DNA of 64,000 nucleotides from Candidatus Poribacteria bacterium (GCA_965208675.1 OZ242351.1:3840001-3904000); one strand, 5' to 3'; counted from the stretch's first letter, positions 41,928 through 53,434 are shown. The notes: generated by a model not told the origin, from the sequence alone. Numbers and translations are program-made.

Positions 41928-43261
41928 TGGAATGACCCCAAAAAACTGGACAGTGAGCTAAGAAGGATTTTATAATAATTAACCGTCCAGAAAGGGGCTA
42001 TCATGCCGAAGACAAGACGTCAATTTACACCCGAATTTAAGCTCGAATGTGTGCTAGATATCATCAGTGGGCGGAAACGCCCAGTCGAAATTTGTAACGA
42101 ATATCAAATCAGCGATACCTTACTGTCCAAATGGCGCCAACACTTCATGGAAAACGCCGCGAATCTCTTTGTGGGTGAACAGAACCACAAGAACGCCTCC
42201 AATGCGCGCATCGCTGAACTGGAGCGTCTCGTCGGGCAATTGACATTGGAGTTGTCTGCCTCAAAAAAAGTATTGAGTTACTTCGACTCTCGATAAAGCA
42301 GAAACGGGAATTGGCGAAACGCGGCAGCAAAGCATTTCCCATTAGCCTACTGTGTAATGTGCTCGGCTTGTCTCGAAGCAGTTTCTATTACGATTCCAAA
42401 ACCGAGGGTGATGCTCAGCTTTGCCGGCATATCGAGCAAATACGTTTATCAAATCACCGCTATGGGTATCGCAGAATCACAAATGAACTGCATCGTCAAG
42501 GATTGGTTGTCAACCGAAAACGGGTGCAACGTCTGGTTGGCGCACTAGGGCTTCAGGTACGTCCTAGGCGAAAGCGGGTGATCACCACCAACAGTCAACC
42601 CGGACGATATGCGTATCCGAATTTGCTCAAAGATTTATCAGTCACTTATCCTGACCAGATTTGGTGTGCAGATATCACCTATATTCCACTGGCTAGTGGT
42701 CAAGTGGCTTATCTGGCGTTATTGTTTGATGTTTTTACTCGAACCATAAGAGGCTGGGAGTTGTCGCGAAACATGTCAGTTAACCTGTTGTCTGGGGCTT
42801 TGAGAAAAGCATTAGCAAGACAGCATCGTCCCCAAATCCATCATTCAGACCGAGGTGGACAGTACATTGCTGAGAAGTATTGTCAGCAATTGAGAGCGAT
42901 AGCGTGCCGCATTTCCATGACGGACCGTGGGAAACCGTGGCAGAATCCATACGTTGAGAGTACGATTGGCAGAATCAAAGACGAGTATATCGTTGACTCC
43001 GAGTATCAGAATTTCCGGGATGCATACAACCAACTTAGTCCAGTATTAGATGTCGTGTATAATCAGAAAAGGCCTCATTCAGCGCTAGGCTATCGGACAC
43101 CTGCTGAATTCGAGGCAGCGTATAATGCAAACTAGAACACCAATCGATATTTAATCTTGAATTAATAACGCAGCACTAACACAGTTATAGGTTAAGTCCT
43201 AAACTTCAAAATACCTTCTTAACATCCGCAATTTCGTGTCCAAACAATTGGGGTCACTGCC
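41928..43261 (+). mobile_element. IS3-family insertion sequence, apparently intact
   Basis: Imperfect IRs TGGAATGACCCC...TGGACA and TGTCCA...GGGGTCACTGCC, 3-bp AGT direct repeat on both flanks, orfA/orfB. Confidence 0.92.
42003..43135 (+). CDS. IS3 transposase OrfA (42003-42296) and OrfB, joined by a -1 frameshift
   Basis: HTH OrfA; A7G slippery site at ~42263 puts OrfA in the OrfB frame; DDE motifs WCADITY, HHSDRG.QY, N..ES, RPHSALGY.TP. Confidence 0.92.
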
Positions 43262-43683
43262 AGTTACAGAATAAGCTTGTTCAGCTAATATGGGATAGCG
43301 CGTTCAGGTGGAACTTATTTGCCCGGTAAGCGGGCAAAGGGTAAATGGGTCGCCTAAAGCCCGCGCGCCTCTTCCCCGCCTGAACGTAATATCCCACCAA
43401 TACAAAGGAAACTAAATGCGATATGTGGATACCTATACTCAGCCTAATTGTAGTAATAATTGGTTGCTTACTCGGTTTATAATGGGCACAAAACATCGCC
43501 CATGGACTCTACATATTATGTAACGTGGTATTGGTTGTTGCTAGTATTGCCGCCGTTTTCTGGTTGGCGCTGCATTATCCGTCAAGTCCAGAGAAGATAC
43601 TTGAGCTAAATGACTGGCAGTGGGTGTTACCAACACCCACTGCCTCAATCATCTTACGTCACGTGAGAAAGGAGGACTATACG

Positions 43684-43848
43684 ATGATTGATGTACTCAC
43701 ACCGGAGCAAAAACAGCGTATTCTCGCCGCAAGAGAACGCAATCGCTCTGGCGCTGAGAGGCATGTCTTTGAGCTGTACCTCAAATGCCAACAAGTATAT
43801 AGCATTATTATACATTCGGTGGAACGACTCGTGAGACGTGCGTCTTAG
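43684..43848 (+). CDS. Small hypothetical protein
   Basis: Strong RBS AAGGAGG before ATG; MIDVLTPEQKQRILAARERNRS... Confidence 0.4.
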   Translation: MIDVLTPEQKQRILAARERNRSGAERHVFELYLKCQQVYSIIIHSVERLVRRAS

Positions 43849-43866
43849 GCGTAATCAGGGGGTGTT

Positions 43867-44180
43867 TCACGCAATGCACCCACTGAGAAACTTATCGAAC
43901 AAGTTTATCCGGTTTCGGCGATTATATTTCAAGCAAGATTCAGCAACATAGAGCGGAGCGTAATTCTCTGAGTAGTGGTGGTGTGTTCCGTTCCACGCAC
44001 GTTTCAGCGGGCTCCAGAACCTATTGATGGTGTTCTTATCGATCTCTTTGTTCTCACTGTCCTCGCTGTCCGCTAGCTTGTGCTCGGCGTGTTTAATTAC
44101 CTGATGCTTCATGATGGACTTGACAGGCAGATAGCCTTTGTATTCGTCCATCATAAGTGTTGGTTCTTTAGGGCGTGCTC
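43867..44180 (-). pseudogene. IS1595-family transposase 3' remnant
   Basis: MDEYKGY...NTINRFWSPLKRAWNGTHHHYS...LYVAE..LKYN.R. Confidence 0.8.
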
Positions 44181-44197
44181 CATGAGTTACAATGTCG

Positions 44198-44608
44198 TTA
44201 TGGAGCTGATGGCGGTGTACAGGACGGTGCCCGCTGCCAATCGCCGTTTACTCTGGTTTCGATGAAGCATGTGAAAATGCCGTCGTTAGATTTCCATTCA
44301 ATCTGATGCTTTCGGCCGTGATTGTTGCCTTGAGCATCGGCGCCGTCAACGTAAGCGTAAACAGTCGCGTCTTCGTCTTTAGTTAATTCTACACCGTAAC
44401 TAGAAGTGCTACGAGTTTCAGAAATGGGCGGCCCGGTTTCTGGAATTGACCATGACGGGTTTTCGTTCCAATCCGCGCCGTTGAGTTTTGTCCCGTCGAG
44501 AAATAGTTCTACTCGACCAGATACGAGTCCTGAGCTATTGGCTGAAGCACTCAGCCAGACTTTGTTGCCATTAATTCCAGCGTTGCAATATGCGTTCATT
44601 AATTTCAC
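44198..44608 (-). CDS. Hypothetical beta-rich protein, possibly 5' truncated
   Basis: 136-aa ORF downstream of the duplicated muramidase; no recognised family. Confidence 0.5.
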   Translation of the reverse strand: MKLMNAYCNAGINGNKVWLSASANSSGLVSGRVELFLDGTKLNGADWNENPSWSIPETGPPISETRSTSSYGVELTKDEDATVYAYVDGADAQGNNHGRKHQIEWKSNDGIFTCFIETRVNGDWQRAPSCTPPSAP

Positions 44609-44751
44609 CTCATGTTAGTGGTTCAGTGTAAATGCGTCTAAATGCGCATTTCCTTTGGGGTAATGCCAACCCATGTTAGCATTATTTGTCCCAAAGCCTT
44701 TATAAAACGCGTTGATAAGCAAAAGACCTGTTGTCGCTTATCACATCTGTT

Positions 44752-45384
44752 CTAATCATTCTGGTCGACATCATCGTCGTGCATCGCCGACGGGGTCGCC
44801 TTCTCAACTTCAAAGTATTCCTCGAGTTGAGCAAGCACATGGTTCGCACGGCGTTTCCATCCGACATGCCATTGTTTGAATTTATCCGGATTGAGGTCTA
44901 CAAGACGTTGATAATGCGCTAGTTTCTCCTCATGGAATCGAGTAATCAACTCATTGTCGATACCCGGGTCGGATTGCAATTCAATTTCAACGGTTTGTCT
45001 CCATGCGGCGACCGCCCCGCTGGTGTTGCGCCCCCATGCACCATCGTCAACGGCGCCCGCCATACGCTGGACAATCTTGACGGCAGCCTTGCCGGCGTTT
45101 ACAACGAAGTCGCTATAGATATATTGAAGAAATTCGGGAAGCTCCCACGTATGATACCTTTCAAGATAATCGACATAAAACGCCTCAACGATGTCTTGTC
45201 GTTTTGCGAGACCTTCCACGGATTCAGGCGCTTCCGGGAAGCGTTCGAGGTTTTTGGGACGCCAGATATCCCAGCTTTGTTTCGTGACGCCGTCGCATGA
45301 TATACCGCCGACGTTCGCAGGTTCTCTGCGGTTGATTCCCTTTTCGCTACCGATGATTAGCTGAATGATTTTTGTTCTGTCCAT
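44752..45384 (-). CDS. Glycoside hydrolase family 108 muramidase (TtsA/ZliS-like), copy 2
   Basis: E.G......GG....G.T N-terminal motif, Y...Y, D..VNAG, Q...G..DDG..G..T, C-terminal GW.RR (PG_binding_3-like). Confidence 0.75.
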   Translation of the reverse strand: MDRTKIIQLIIGSEKGINRREPANVGGISCDGVTKQSWDIWRPKNLERFPEAPESVEGLAKRQDIVEAFYVDYLERYHTWELPEFLQYIYSDFVVNAGKAAVKIVQRMAGAVDDGAWGRNTSGAVAAWRQTVEIELQSDPGIDNELITRFHEEKLAHYQRLVDLNPDKFKQWHVGWKRRANHVLAQLEEYFEVEKATPSAMHDDDVDQND

Positions 45385-46252
45385 TTAATTTTAACCTCAT
45401 TCCGTTAGTTTTTGCACGAGCGACTTCAACCTTTTTCGACCACGGGCTAGTCGATTGTTCACGACTGCCTCTCCGAGCCCCAACTCTTGAGCTATCTCCT
45501 TATGGCTCATACCGCTCAAGCGCAGTAGTAATGGCTGTTGTTGTGAGTCAGGAAGTTGTTCGATAGCCCTTGCAAGCCTGTCCCGCATGTCGACGAGTTC
45601 CTGTCGCTGTTCATCGCGCCGATGTGCAAACACTGCGGCGACATTCGATACCTCCGTTTCATTGGCGTCGCGAGAGAGTGAAAGGCACTCAATTAGTTTT
45701 TGGCGTTCTCGGTACTTTCTTGCTATGAGTTGAGATGCTATGCGGAACATCCAGTTTGGGAACTTTTGTGGATTCTTAAGTTCTTGCAGATTTTGCGAGA
45801 CCTCAATAAAGGTCTCTTGAACAATGTCTTGTGCATCTTCTTGAAAGCGAACGACAGTAAGGGCGATTCGTACCGACTATAGAGCAAGGAGAAAGCGTCC
45901 TTGTCACCCTTCAAAGCCTGACGAACCAATTCGGCGTCGCTCGATTTTTCGCCAACTCGCATCCCACTCCCCAGATCTGCAAAAAGTGATTGGGGTGTTT
46001 ACAACTTACCATTGTAAACATGTATGACTATATGGCTAAAATCTATCACTAAAAATGAAATTTTTTTTTCAAGGATATCGACTTGTAGGGCAATTTATGG
46101 TATGATTTTGATCACGGAAAGAGCGTTGGACGTGCACAATCCGCTTTTGCGTGGATGTGCTCGAAGCGGTTATGAAGACGCAAACTTGAGGCAATGAACC
46201 TGCGAGGTTGGGAAGTGGGGGTTGCGAATTGCCAAGCTGTGGTTTTTTGTGA
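44753..46252. repeat. ~1.5-kb direct repeat, copy A (copy B at 54700-56213)
   Basis: Colinear, highly similar sequence covering muramidase, sigma gene and upstream region. Confidence 0.95.
45397..45962 (-). pseudogene. Frameshifted copy of the ECF sigma factor at 55344-55925
   Basis: 16-nt deletion between GAAAATGC and GAAGATGC microhomologies splits it into ORFs 45738-45962 and 45397-45750. Confidence 0.9.
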
Positions 46253-46270
46253 GGGGGGGTTAATTCACCA

Positions 46271-47091
46271 GGTTATGTTGACATTTCAACGTAGCCAGAT
46301 AAGCGTGGAGACGAAACTCAGAAATCCAAAATAACGGGCAGCTAGTTTCTCGAAACGAGAAAAGATACGACGGTACCATTTTATTTTGTTGATGAAACAT
46401 TCGACTAGATGTCTCTCTTTGTATAAATGGGGGTCGTATTTTCTTTGAGCACCACGATTCCGTCGAGGCGGTATCACCGGAATGGCACCATTGGCTTCAA
46501 TAACGTTGATAAATTCAACTGAGTCATATCCTTTGCCTCCAATTACATGCTGGCTGTTATATCCAACTATCAACGATTCGGCTTCAGCTATGTCGTGTCT
46601 CTGACCGGTGGTTAGCTGGAGTCTAAGCGGATTACCTAGTGCGTCAACTGTGATGTGAATCTTGGTGCTGAAGCCGCCGCGAGAACGTCCTAGTGCTTGG
46701 TTTTCGGCACCCCCGTTTTTTTTGAGGCGCCAGCCGCGCATGGGTGAGCCCGGCAAATGGTCGAGTCAATAATAATTGACTCCATATCTGGGTCGGAGGC
46801 AAAGTGGCGGTGCATATGTTCGAAGATTCCTATGTCACACCAGTTACTAAACCGCTTGTAGACGGAGCTCCAATTGCCATAGGCAGTTGGTAATAATCTC
46901 CATTGCACCCCGCTACGAGCCACCCACAAGACGGCTTCAACGAATCGTCGGGTGCCGGCTTCGTTGCGGACATAGATGTTGCAACAACCTAGAAGAAACT
47001 GGTATATCTTTCTCCATTAGTCATCAGGTAAGGTTATAGCCATCATGCTTAACATTATGCCACAACCTTATAAACAAATGTCAACAGAACC
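46271..47091 (-). mobile_element. IS5-family element (IS427-like); transposase has an early stop
   Basis: IRs GGTT(A/C)TGTTGACATTT; RSG..WR.LP..YG.W, IIDST..RAH, LGRSRGG..TKIH, Y..R..VE...NK.K..RR; in-frame TAA at codon ~10 of orfA. Confidence 0.9.
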
Positions 47092-47304
47092 TAATAGTCA
47101 GATGCTATTGGGATTCGGGCCATTTTCAATGCAATCCGTGATAATCGTGAAGCTATTCTCGGCAATCGCAAAGCAATTCGTGCGAAGCGCATAGCGATTG
47201 ATGAAATCAACAGCAAATTCGATCGGGTTCTCGATCATCTAGAAATTGGGACGTAAATCCTACCGCCACTTGTTATCATAGGAGAGGGTAACAGGCTTGA
47301 CAGA

Positions 47305-48111
47305 ATGGCAAGGTATATCTTTGGAGGAATGCTAATAATGTTGATACTGTTTGGCATTGCGTTAGGTATTATGATTGGGTTGTTTGGCTCTTTTGTCCCC
47401 ACGGCACATGCAGTGATGATTCTGATTCGGTTGTCGGCCTATGGCTTTTGGACGAAGGTAAAGGCTTTAGAACGTATGAGCATACCGGCAACTTTAAGCA
47501 TGCATGGATTCTTGGTGAACCCGGACATCGTGCCGAATGGGTGCCCGGCAAGTTTGGCACATGCTTAGATTTTTTGGGCAATCCCGGCGTTTCGATTGGT
47601 GATTCCGGCGAGCATACTCCGAATGAGGAAATAACGATAACAGCATGGTCGAAAATACTGGATGCCACGCGTGTAGGTTCATCTTGATGGTATCACCTCA
47701 ATCCAAATACGGTAGATGCATTTGCCGGCGCACAGATGCGCACCGAGAACAATAAAAAGAAGATACAGTGGGCATTCGGGTCGCCGGTTATACGCTTGAT
47801 AGTGGATTGGACGCCAGTTGAAGACGTATGGCAACATTGGGCTTTCACGCATAGCGTGCGCGACAACCGAATGGCGATATATCAGGACGGCAAACTATTT
47901 GCCGAGATGGCCGATTCCAGCGCACTCAACTCCACACAAGGATGGGGCAGGATCGGGCCTATATCAGGCCTCATTGATGATGTCGGTGTGTTCAACCGCG
48001 CACTAACCCAAGCAGAAATCCAATTTATCATGAGACATGGGTTCGCATCAGCGTTAGCCGTTCAGCGGGTGGGTAGGGTTGCCAGCACCTAGGGCGAGAT
48101 TAAGACCAAAT
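47305..48111 (+). pseudogene. Frameshifted LamG-domain secreted protein with degenerate C-terminal motif
   Basis: Fragments VVGLWLLDEGKG, GKFG.CLDF, WQHWAFT, GLIDDVGVFNRALT, AVQRVGRVAST*GEIK. Confidence 0.8.
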
Positions 48112-48856
48112 TAACGTCCAAAACCGCACAATGTTCACGCGCGACAACCTCGAAGTCCTCCTTGGTATTGACAACGCCTGCATAGACCGAATCTATCTCG
48201 ACCAGCTGTTCAATTCCAAGCACAACTAGGCTGGACCGCCTGGTTTTAAAGTTGCCGGGGCAGCGTTTAAAGACGGGAGGACACTCACTGACATTGACGT
48301 TGAATGGATGGCTTGATAGCAGATGAACCTGCCTGCGCTAAGCAGGCTGCGCGACTCCGTGCCGTCTGATTCGGAAAAAGCGTATGTCGTGTATATGTCG
48401 GTCCGTTTGCTCTAGATGCGCCGGTTACTTAAGCCGACAGGCAGTATTTATCTACACGGCGATCCGACAATGGATCACTGGTTTAAAATCACGCTCGACG
48501 CCATTTTTTAGGAGAACAGGGTTCCTGAACAAACTCATTTGGCATAATTTCAAACCAGGTGCGAGTAAAACAAACGACCCACGAAATTATGGTTCGTTGT
48601 TGTTCTTCACAAAACAGGATATATTTACGTTTAACATTGACGCAACACTATTTGAATATGATAACATATCAATTTGAGATTTGATCGCGTAGATGAAAAT
48701 GGACGGCGATATAAAGTCCATTACAACTCGGATGGTACAACTAGCAAATCCTATATGAAAGCGGCGGGCAAACCCGACAATGTTCTCAAAATCCCATTTA
48801 TACAGGGCACCGCTAAGGAATGTGTCGGTTCTCCTACCCAGTACCGGAAAGCGTAA
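48110..48856 (+). pseudogene. Degraded site-specific DNA methyltransferase
   Basis: Fragments NRTMFTRDNLEVL.GID, IYLD..FNSK, AAFKD, LLKPTGSIYLH.D; multiple stops and frameshifts. Confidence 0.7.
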
Positions 48857-48958
48857 AGTAAAAAACGTCAATTACTCTTCCTTTAGTAATAAAGCAAAGG
48901 AAGAAACCAAACCAAATCCAGCGAAATTTCACGTATTGTGAAAACCATTCCGAATGTT

Positions 48959-49303
48959 TCATTTCAGTAGCATGACAATAACCGCAACAACCGCTGCGAT
49001 ACCGCCAAGTCCACCTACGCCCGTGAATAACCAAGTCAACAGCGAAAGTTGCCCGTCGCGCCTATTGCCATCCGCCTCCAATACCTTCACGCGTGTTTCC
49101 TGGTCAACAGTAGATTCCTGCATCGCTTTCAAGAGCGTTTCAACTTTGGCGCCCTGCGCTTCCGATGCTTTAAGTCGAGCGTCATGTTCGCCAATCGTTG
49201 CACACTGTTTCTCAAGCCGTTCATGATGGTGATCCATGCGAACTTCCATCCTTGAAACAACATCAAGAATTCTATCCAGCTTTGCCTCGACGGTGTCAGC
49301 CAC
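48959..49303 (-). CDS. Phage-type coiled-coil protein with a single C-terminal TM helix (XhlA/holin-like)
   Basis: Heptad-rich N-terminus (RL..LE) and hydrophobic C-terminus WLFTGVGGLGGIAAVVAVIVMLLK. Confidence 0.55.
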   Translation of the reverse strand: MADTVEAKLDRILDVVSRMEVRMDHHHERLEKQCATIGEHDARLKASEAQGAKVETLLKAMQESTVDQETRVKVLEADGNRRDGQLSLLTWLFTGVGGLGGIAAVVAVIVMLLK

Positions 49304-49600
49304 CTACGGTACCCCCGCACCCGGTATCATATAACGAATTGGAGATATTGTCTGGCGCGTGCACGGTCAGAGTAAGTCGCCAATTCTCGTCACCGCACAT
49401 GTCACACACCGTGCCTTAATAAACGGCACAATAAACAGACAACTTTCCCCACGTCTTTGGTTTCTTAATCGCAAATGCAATTTAAATCGGGTTCAGCTCT
49501 TGTAGAGTGGGTTTGGCCGACGGCGAAACCCAAGGCTTTTGAAACCACCAGACGACGGAAAAGCGTTGGGGCACGGTGTTTAACCCAACCTACGAAAACT

Positions 49601-49762
49601 GAAAATAGTCCACAGGATGAGTCTTTGCTCCCGACCATCTATCTATCTTTCCCAACAGTGGACGTGGGTAGTAGAATACATGTCGACGATGACGTGAATC
49701 ATCTACCCTTGTTGCGTTAGTGGGCATCGTAATGTCTTCATTTGAGAGTTTTGTGTGCAATC
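49601..49762 (-). pseudogene. Degenerate ~160-bp fragment homologous to 37583-37743 (cobalamin-regulated membrane protein gene)
   Basis: GAAAATAGTCCACAG..ATGAG and TGTTGCGT.AGTGGGCATCGTAATG.CTTCA are shared. Confidence 0.8.
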
Positions 49763-49872
49763 ACCGGTTACCTTGGGCACATCAGCCAAATCATATTTTT
49801 CAGACGGCTTAACCGCCGCCCGGGAATCACGCACACCGCATCAAGAATGTTCATAGTGTATTTAGGGGCAAT

Positions 49873-50485
49873 CTAATACGTGTACAGTAAAGCCCACTTA
49901 TCTTCGCATGATAGAGTTTCTTTGTCGTGCTCGTTTTCAGCAGACCCCGCGCGCATTGTGTAATGCGCCCATTCCGAACAATTGCCATGCCCTTGGTTGG
50001 GGTCGTCGGGATCATACTCGACATGATCCAAGCCGGCGCCATGCCCCATTTCATGCATAAGCACATTCAAAAGGCAAACCTCAGTACTACTCGTAGAGCC
50101 GTGCAAATCCCAATCATAATACTTATTTAGCATTATATCGATTTCAGTCAAATAATTTCCACTCCGCCACCGGCGGGTGTGAGCTAAATCAGCCTCATCT
50201 TCGGGTTGGCCTAGTCAGGTCCAGCCGACAACGTTTTTGCCATCCTGGACGTTTGGCACATGTGTCGTGGTATGTGCCTTGAACTCATAATAGAAACTGG
50301 ATGTATCACCGTCGTGTTCAACATTTGACCATCTACTAGCTGCCGTGTTGACATCATTTGTAAAACGGAACTATCCTTAGTTGTACCTCTTCGCAGGTAA
50401 GTGTGTCATGGCAATGCGGATAAACGGTAATGGCTATGCCGATAGCCAGCCCCAATACGACAACTGCCGTCACTAATCTCTTCAT
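49873..50485 (-). pseudogene. Matrixin-like metzincin, copy 3 (deletion/frameshift and internal stop)
   Basis: ATG overlaps the partner stop; signal peptide then HCHD; C-terminal HEMGHGAGLDH, YTM Met-turn, LSCEDKWAL. Confidence 0.85.
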
Positions 50486-51186
50486 TTGCCGCTCCTTTTA
50501 ACTTGTTTTGCGCTGTTGATTAAGCGCGTGGATAGCGCATCAGAAACCACCCCGCTCGTTCCGTTCGCCTCTAGTTTTATGTCATTTTCCAGCCTGCGTG
50601 CAGCGTCGGGGTTTTTTATAAACGCTTTAGCCAGATTACTTGCCAAATCCAAAGACATCTTCATAGGCTTCGCCCTGTTGTTTTTGGCATATCTAAATTT
50701 GACATAATCGTCTTTCACAAGCCGCTTGCCGTAGCGCTGCTTGTAAAGGCGCCGTCCGCCATAAGCGTAAGTCGTATTATACTTGTCGTCCTCCCCTTTT
50801 TTCAAAAACAACATCGCTTTTTCACCGACAGTGAATTTTATGCCGGGCGAGGTTTCTTGCGTAAGCACCTCACCTGCGCTCGGCACATACGCAGTGCCGT
50901 CTTCGTGCATAAATTTGATATGCGTATCGCCTAAATTGGCTTCGCCCTTAATAAGCGTTTCAATGCGAAATGTAATATCCGTACAAATCGAATCAGTGCC
51001 GCTCTCAGTCACATCCTCCCGCCAAACACCCGTTAGCAATTCAACTGTACCAATTGCGACTATATCGCAATTCTCGATGGAGTTCAACAAGCCGTAAGAC
51101 GGAATGTCTCGCCTTATGGCGGGCGTTCCCGCCTCGCACATACTCGCGCACAAAAGCGCAATCAACGCCACAAATACATATTTCAT
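50482..51186 (-). CDS. Secreted partner protein 3, TIMP/NTR(OB)-like
   Basis: Signal peptide MKYVFVAL; DIVAIGTV...F.IE..IKG...F.VGE..LFL pattern. Confidence 0.65.
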   Translation of the reverse strand: MKYVFVALIALLCASMCEAGTPAIRRDIPSYGLLNSIENCDIVAIGTVELLTGVWREDVTESGTDSICTDITFRIETLIKGEANLGDTHIKFMHEDGTAYVPSAGEVLTQETSPGIKFTVGEKAMLFLKKGEDDKYNTTYAYGGRRLYKQRYGKRLVKDDYVKFRYAKNNRAKPMKMSLDLASNLAKAFIKNPDAARRLENDIKLEANGTSGVVSDALSTRLINSAKQVKRSGK

Positions 51187-51257
51187 TTGAATTTCTCCGT
51201 TTGTTAGAGTTCATGAAGCTGCCCGAAGGCAGCCCGTCCTCGGTTTGCTAACCGCCG

Positions 51258-51956
51258 TTATTGATAACCATATTTGTGGTGCAAAGCGAATTTATCTTCG
51301 CATTCCAAACTTTCATAAGCGTGATTCTGGTAGCAATAGCCATACATCGTATATGGGCGATACTCAGAACACGAATCATACACGTCCCACATTCCCGCGA
51401 AATGCCCAAATTCGTGAACCAGAACATTGCGCATACAATAATAGCTGCCCGTCAGCGGCTCGCTATGCACTTTCCACGATTTATAATAATTAAGCGCAAT
51501 ATCGCATTCCCGAATGTTATTTGTGCCTGACCACACCCACCTATAGTATATGCCGTAAGTGGGGGAATTTTCACCCAAACCGCGCCACCCAACAACGTTC
51601 TCACCATCCATTGTCGGCTGAGTTCCGGGCCCGCCCGGCTTCTTAGTCGTCGTTCCGTCGTAAGTCGGTCTAAATGCTATTGTTCCGCCTTGATAAGACA
51701 CATCGTACCACTTTTTCGCCGCCTCTTTAGCATCGTTCAACATATTTGGCTGACCTGAATAAGTTGGATTAACTTTAAAGTCGATCTCGTGGTTGGCGCC
51801 GCCAATGCTCCATTTACGGTTCTTCCCCTGGCCGCCTTCACAAACATCTCGCACTACTTGTTCACATGGAAGCGTGTTATGGCAGTGCGAATATACCAAG
51901 ATGGAAATGCCGAACACCATCATAACTGCGATTATGATTGCAACTGTTTTTTTCAT
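51258..51956 (-). CDS. Secreted matrixin-like metzincin, copy 2
   Basis: Signal peptide then HCHN; ECDI.LN, HEFGHFAGMWD, YTM, LECEDKFAL. Confidence 0.85.
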   Translation of the reverse strand: MKKTVAIIIAVMMVFGISILVYSHCHNTLPCEQVVRDVCEGGQGKNRKWSIGGANHEIDFKVNPTYSGQPNMLNDAKEAAKKWYDVSYQGGTIAFRPTYDGTTTKKPGGPGTQPTMDGENVVGWRGLGENSPTYGIYYRWVWSGTNNIRECDIALNYYKSWKVHSEPLTGSYYCMRNVLVHEFGHFAGMWDVYDSCSEYRPYTMYGYCYQNHAYESLECEDKFALHHKYGYQ

Positions 51957-51957
51957 T

Positions 51958-52677
51958 CTAGTCGTCCTCCGCATTTTGAATTATTGTTCTTGCACTGGAT
52001 TTCAACTGTGTAACCAGTGTGCTTGACAGTTCAATCTTAGGAGATGTCGCCCCGCGCGCCAACGCCTTGATTTGATTTTCTAATGGGACTACGGCATCTT
52101 TATTGGCCACGGCCGCCTTAGCCAACTCAACTGTTAAATCTAAAGGCATTTCAACAGGAACAACACTATCACTATCCCGCTTGTAAGCAAAATTTGTTTT
52201 CTCGTCGCTAACAGCCCGCTTGCCATACTTATAAAGTATAACGTGGAGTCGGTCGTAAAGATAGTTAGTATAGTAATCGTCTTCGGCTATACTCGTTGTC
52301 ATGAACAACATAACCTTTTCGCCGACTTCAAATGAAGGCTCACTAGATACGTCCAGCGTCAGCACTTCATTTTCCGATGGTATGAAGGCTGTTCCGCCTT
52401 GTATCATAAATTTGACGTATCGTGACCCCGTATTGGGCGTGCCTTTAATAAGCGTGTCAACCCTTACGAGGACATCTGTAGTTAACATAGACCCGCCATC
52501 GTACACAATGTTGTCGCGCGCATGATAACTCAGCAGTTGCACTGTCCCAACAAAAACAACCTCGCTCTTGTCGATACATTTGAGCAGGCTATAATCATCC
52601 AAGTCCGGCTGTTCTGTCGCACCATACGCCATTACCGCACACAAAACCACCAGCAACGCCACAAATACATACTTCAT
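51958..52677 (-). CDS. Secreted partner protein 2, TIMP/NTR(OB)-like
   Basis: MKYVFVAL signal; SEVVFVGTV...VRVD..IKG...GG...F.VGEKV.LF. Confidence 0.65.
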   Translation of the reverse strand: MKYVFVALLVVLCAVMAYGATEQPDLDDYSLLKCIDKSEVVFVGTVQLLSYHARDNIVYDGGSMLTTDVLVRVDTLIKGTPNTGSRYVKFMIQGGTAFIPSENEVLTLDVSSEPSFEVGEKVMLFMTTSIAEDDYYTNYLYDRLHVILYKYGKRAVSDEKTNFAYKRDSDSVVPVEMPLDLTVELAKAAVANKDAVVPLENQIKALARGATSPKIELSSTLVTQLKSSARTIIQNAEDD

Positions 52678-52722
52678 TTGAAACCTCCCTTTGTTTGAGT
52701 CAAAAGAATTGTTTCCCTAAAA

Positions 52723-53433
52723 TTATGGTACTCGGTATTTTTGATCTAGCGCATACTTATCTTCGCAACGCAAATCTTCTCTAAAGTGTTCGCCGCCTGC
52801 TGTAATGCCATTCATTGTGTAATACTGGTAATCCTCACACCATCGTGACTGATCAGGCCAGCCTGCATTGTAGTAAACATCCATTAGACCCGCCATGTGA
52901 CCGAACTCATGTGCCAGAACGTCCCTAAGGCAAAAATAGCCAGGATTTGCCGCCCTATTTGCATGACTGGTGAAATCTTTATAATAGTTCAATCCTATAT
53001 CTACTTCTACTATCCTGTTCCCGACAGCCCATATCCCCGCACTAGCGACCTTTCCTTGTCGACCGCCTAATTTACTCGACCACCCAACGATATTCTTATC
53101 ATCACTAGAAAAAATATCATCTTCGGAAATGTCAGTCCGGCCAGCATAGGTATACTGAAATGCAATCGTGCGATTCTGAAAGGATATTTTAGACCACGCT
53201 TTAGCCGCTTTCTTGGTATCCGTTAACAACCCTGGCTCACCATCCCTATCGCTATTTACCCGATACTCAACCTCATATATATCATCGTCATTGATAATCG
53301 CAGGATCCCATACCTTGTTACCTCGAACTGTCATCGGATTTTCATAAGAGGCATCATTATGGCAGTGAGAATAAGCCATAACAGGCAAAAACAACACAAC
53401 AAACAGGCTAATTACAAAAGCACTAATACGCAT
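52723..53433 (-). CDS. Secreted matrixin-like metzincin, copy 1
   Basis: Signal peptide then HCHN; EVDI.LN, HEFGHMAGLMD, YTM, LRCEDKYAL. Confidence 0.85.
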   Translation of the reverse strand: MRISAFVISLFVVLFLPVMAYSHCHNDASYENPMTVRGNKVWDPAIINDDDIYEVEYRVNSDRDGEPGLLTDTKKAAKAWSKISFQNRTIAFQYTYAGRTDISEDDIFSSDDKNIVGWSSKLGGRQGKVASAGIWAVGNRIVEVDIGLNYYKDFTSHANRAANPGYFCLRDVLAHEFGHMAGLMDVYYNAGWPDQSRWCEDYQYYTMNGITAGGEHFREDLRCEDKYALDQKYRVP

Positions 53434-53434
53434 A

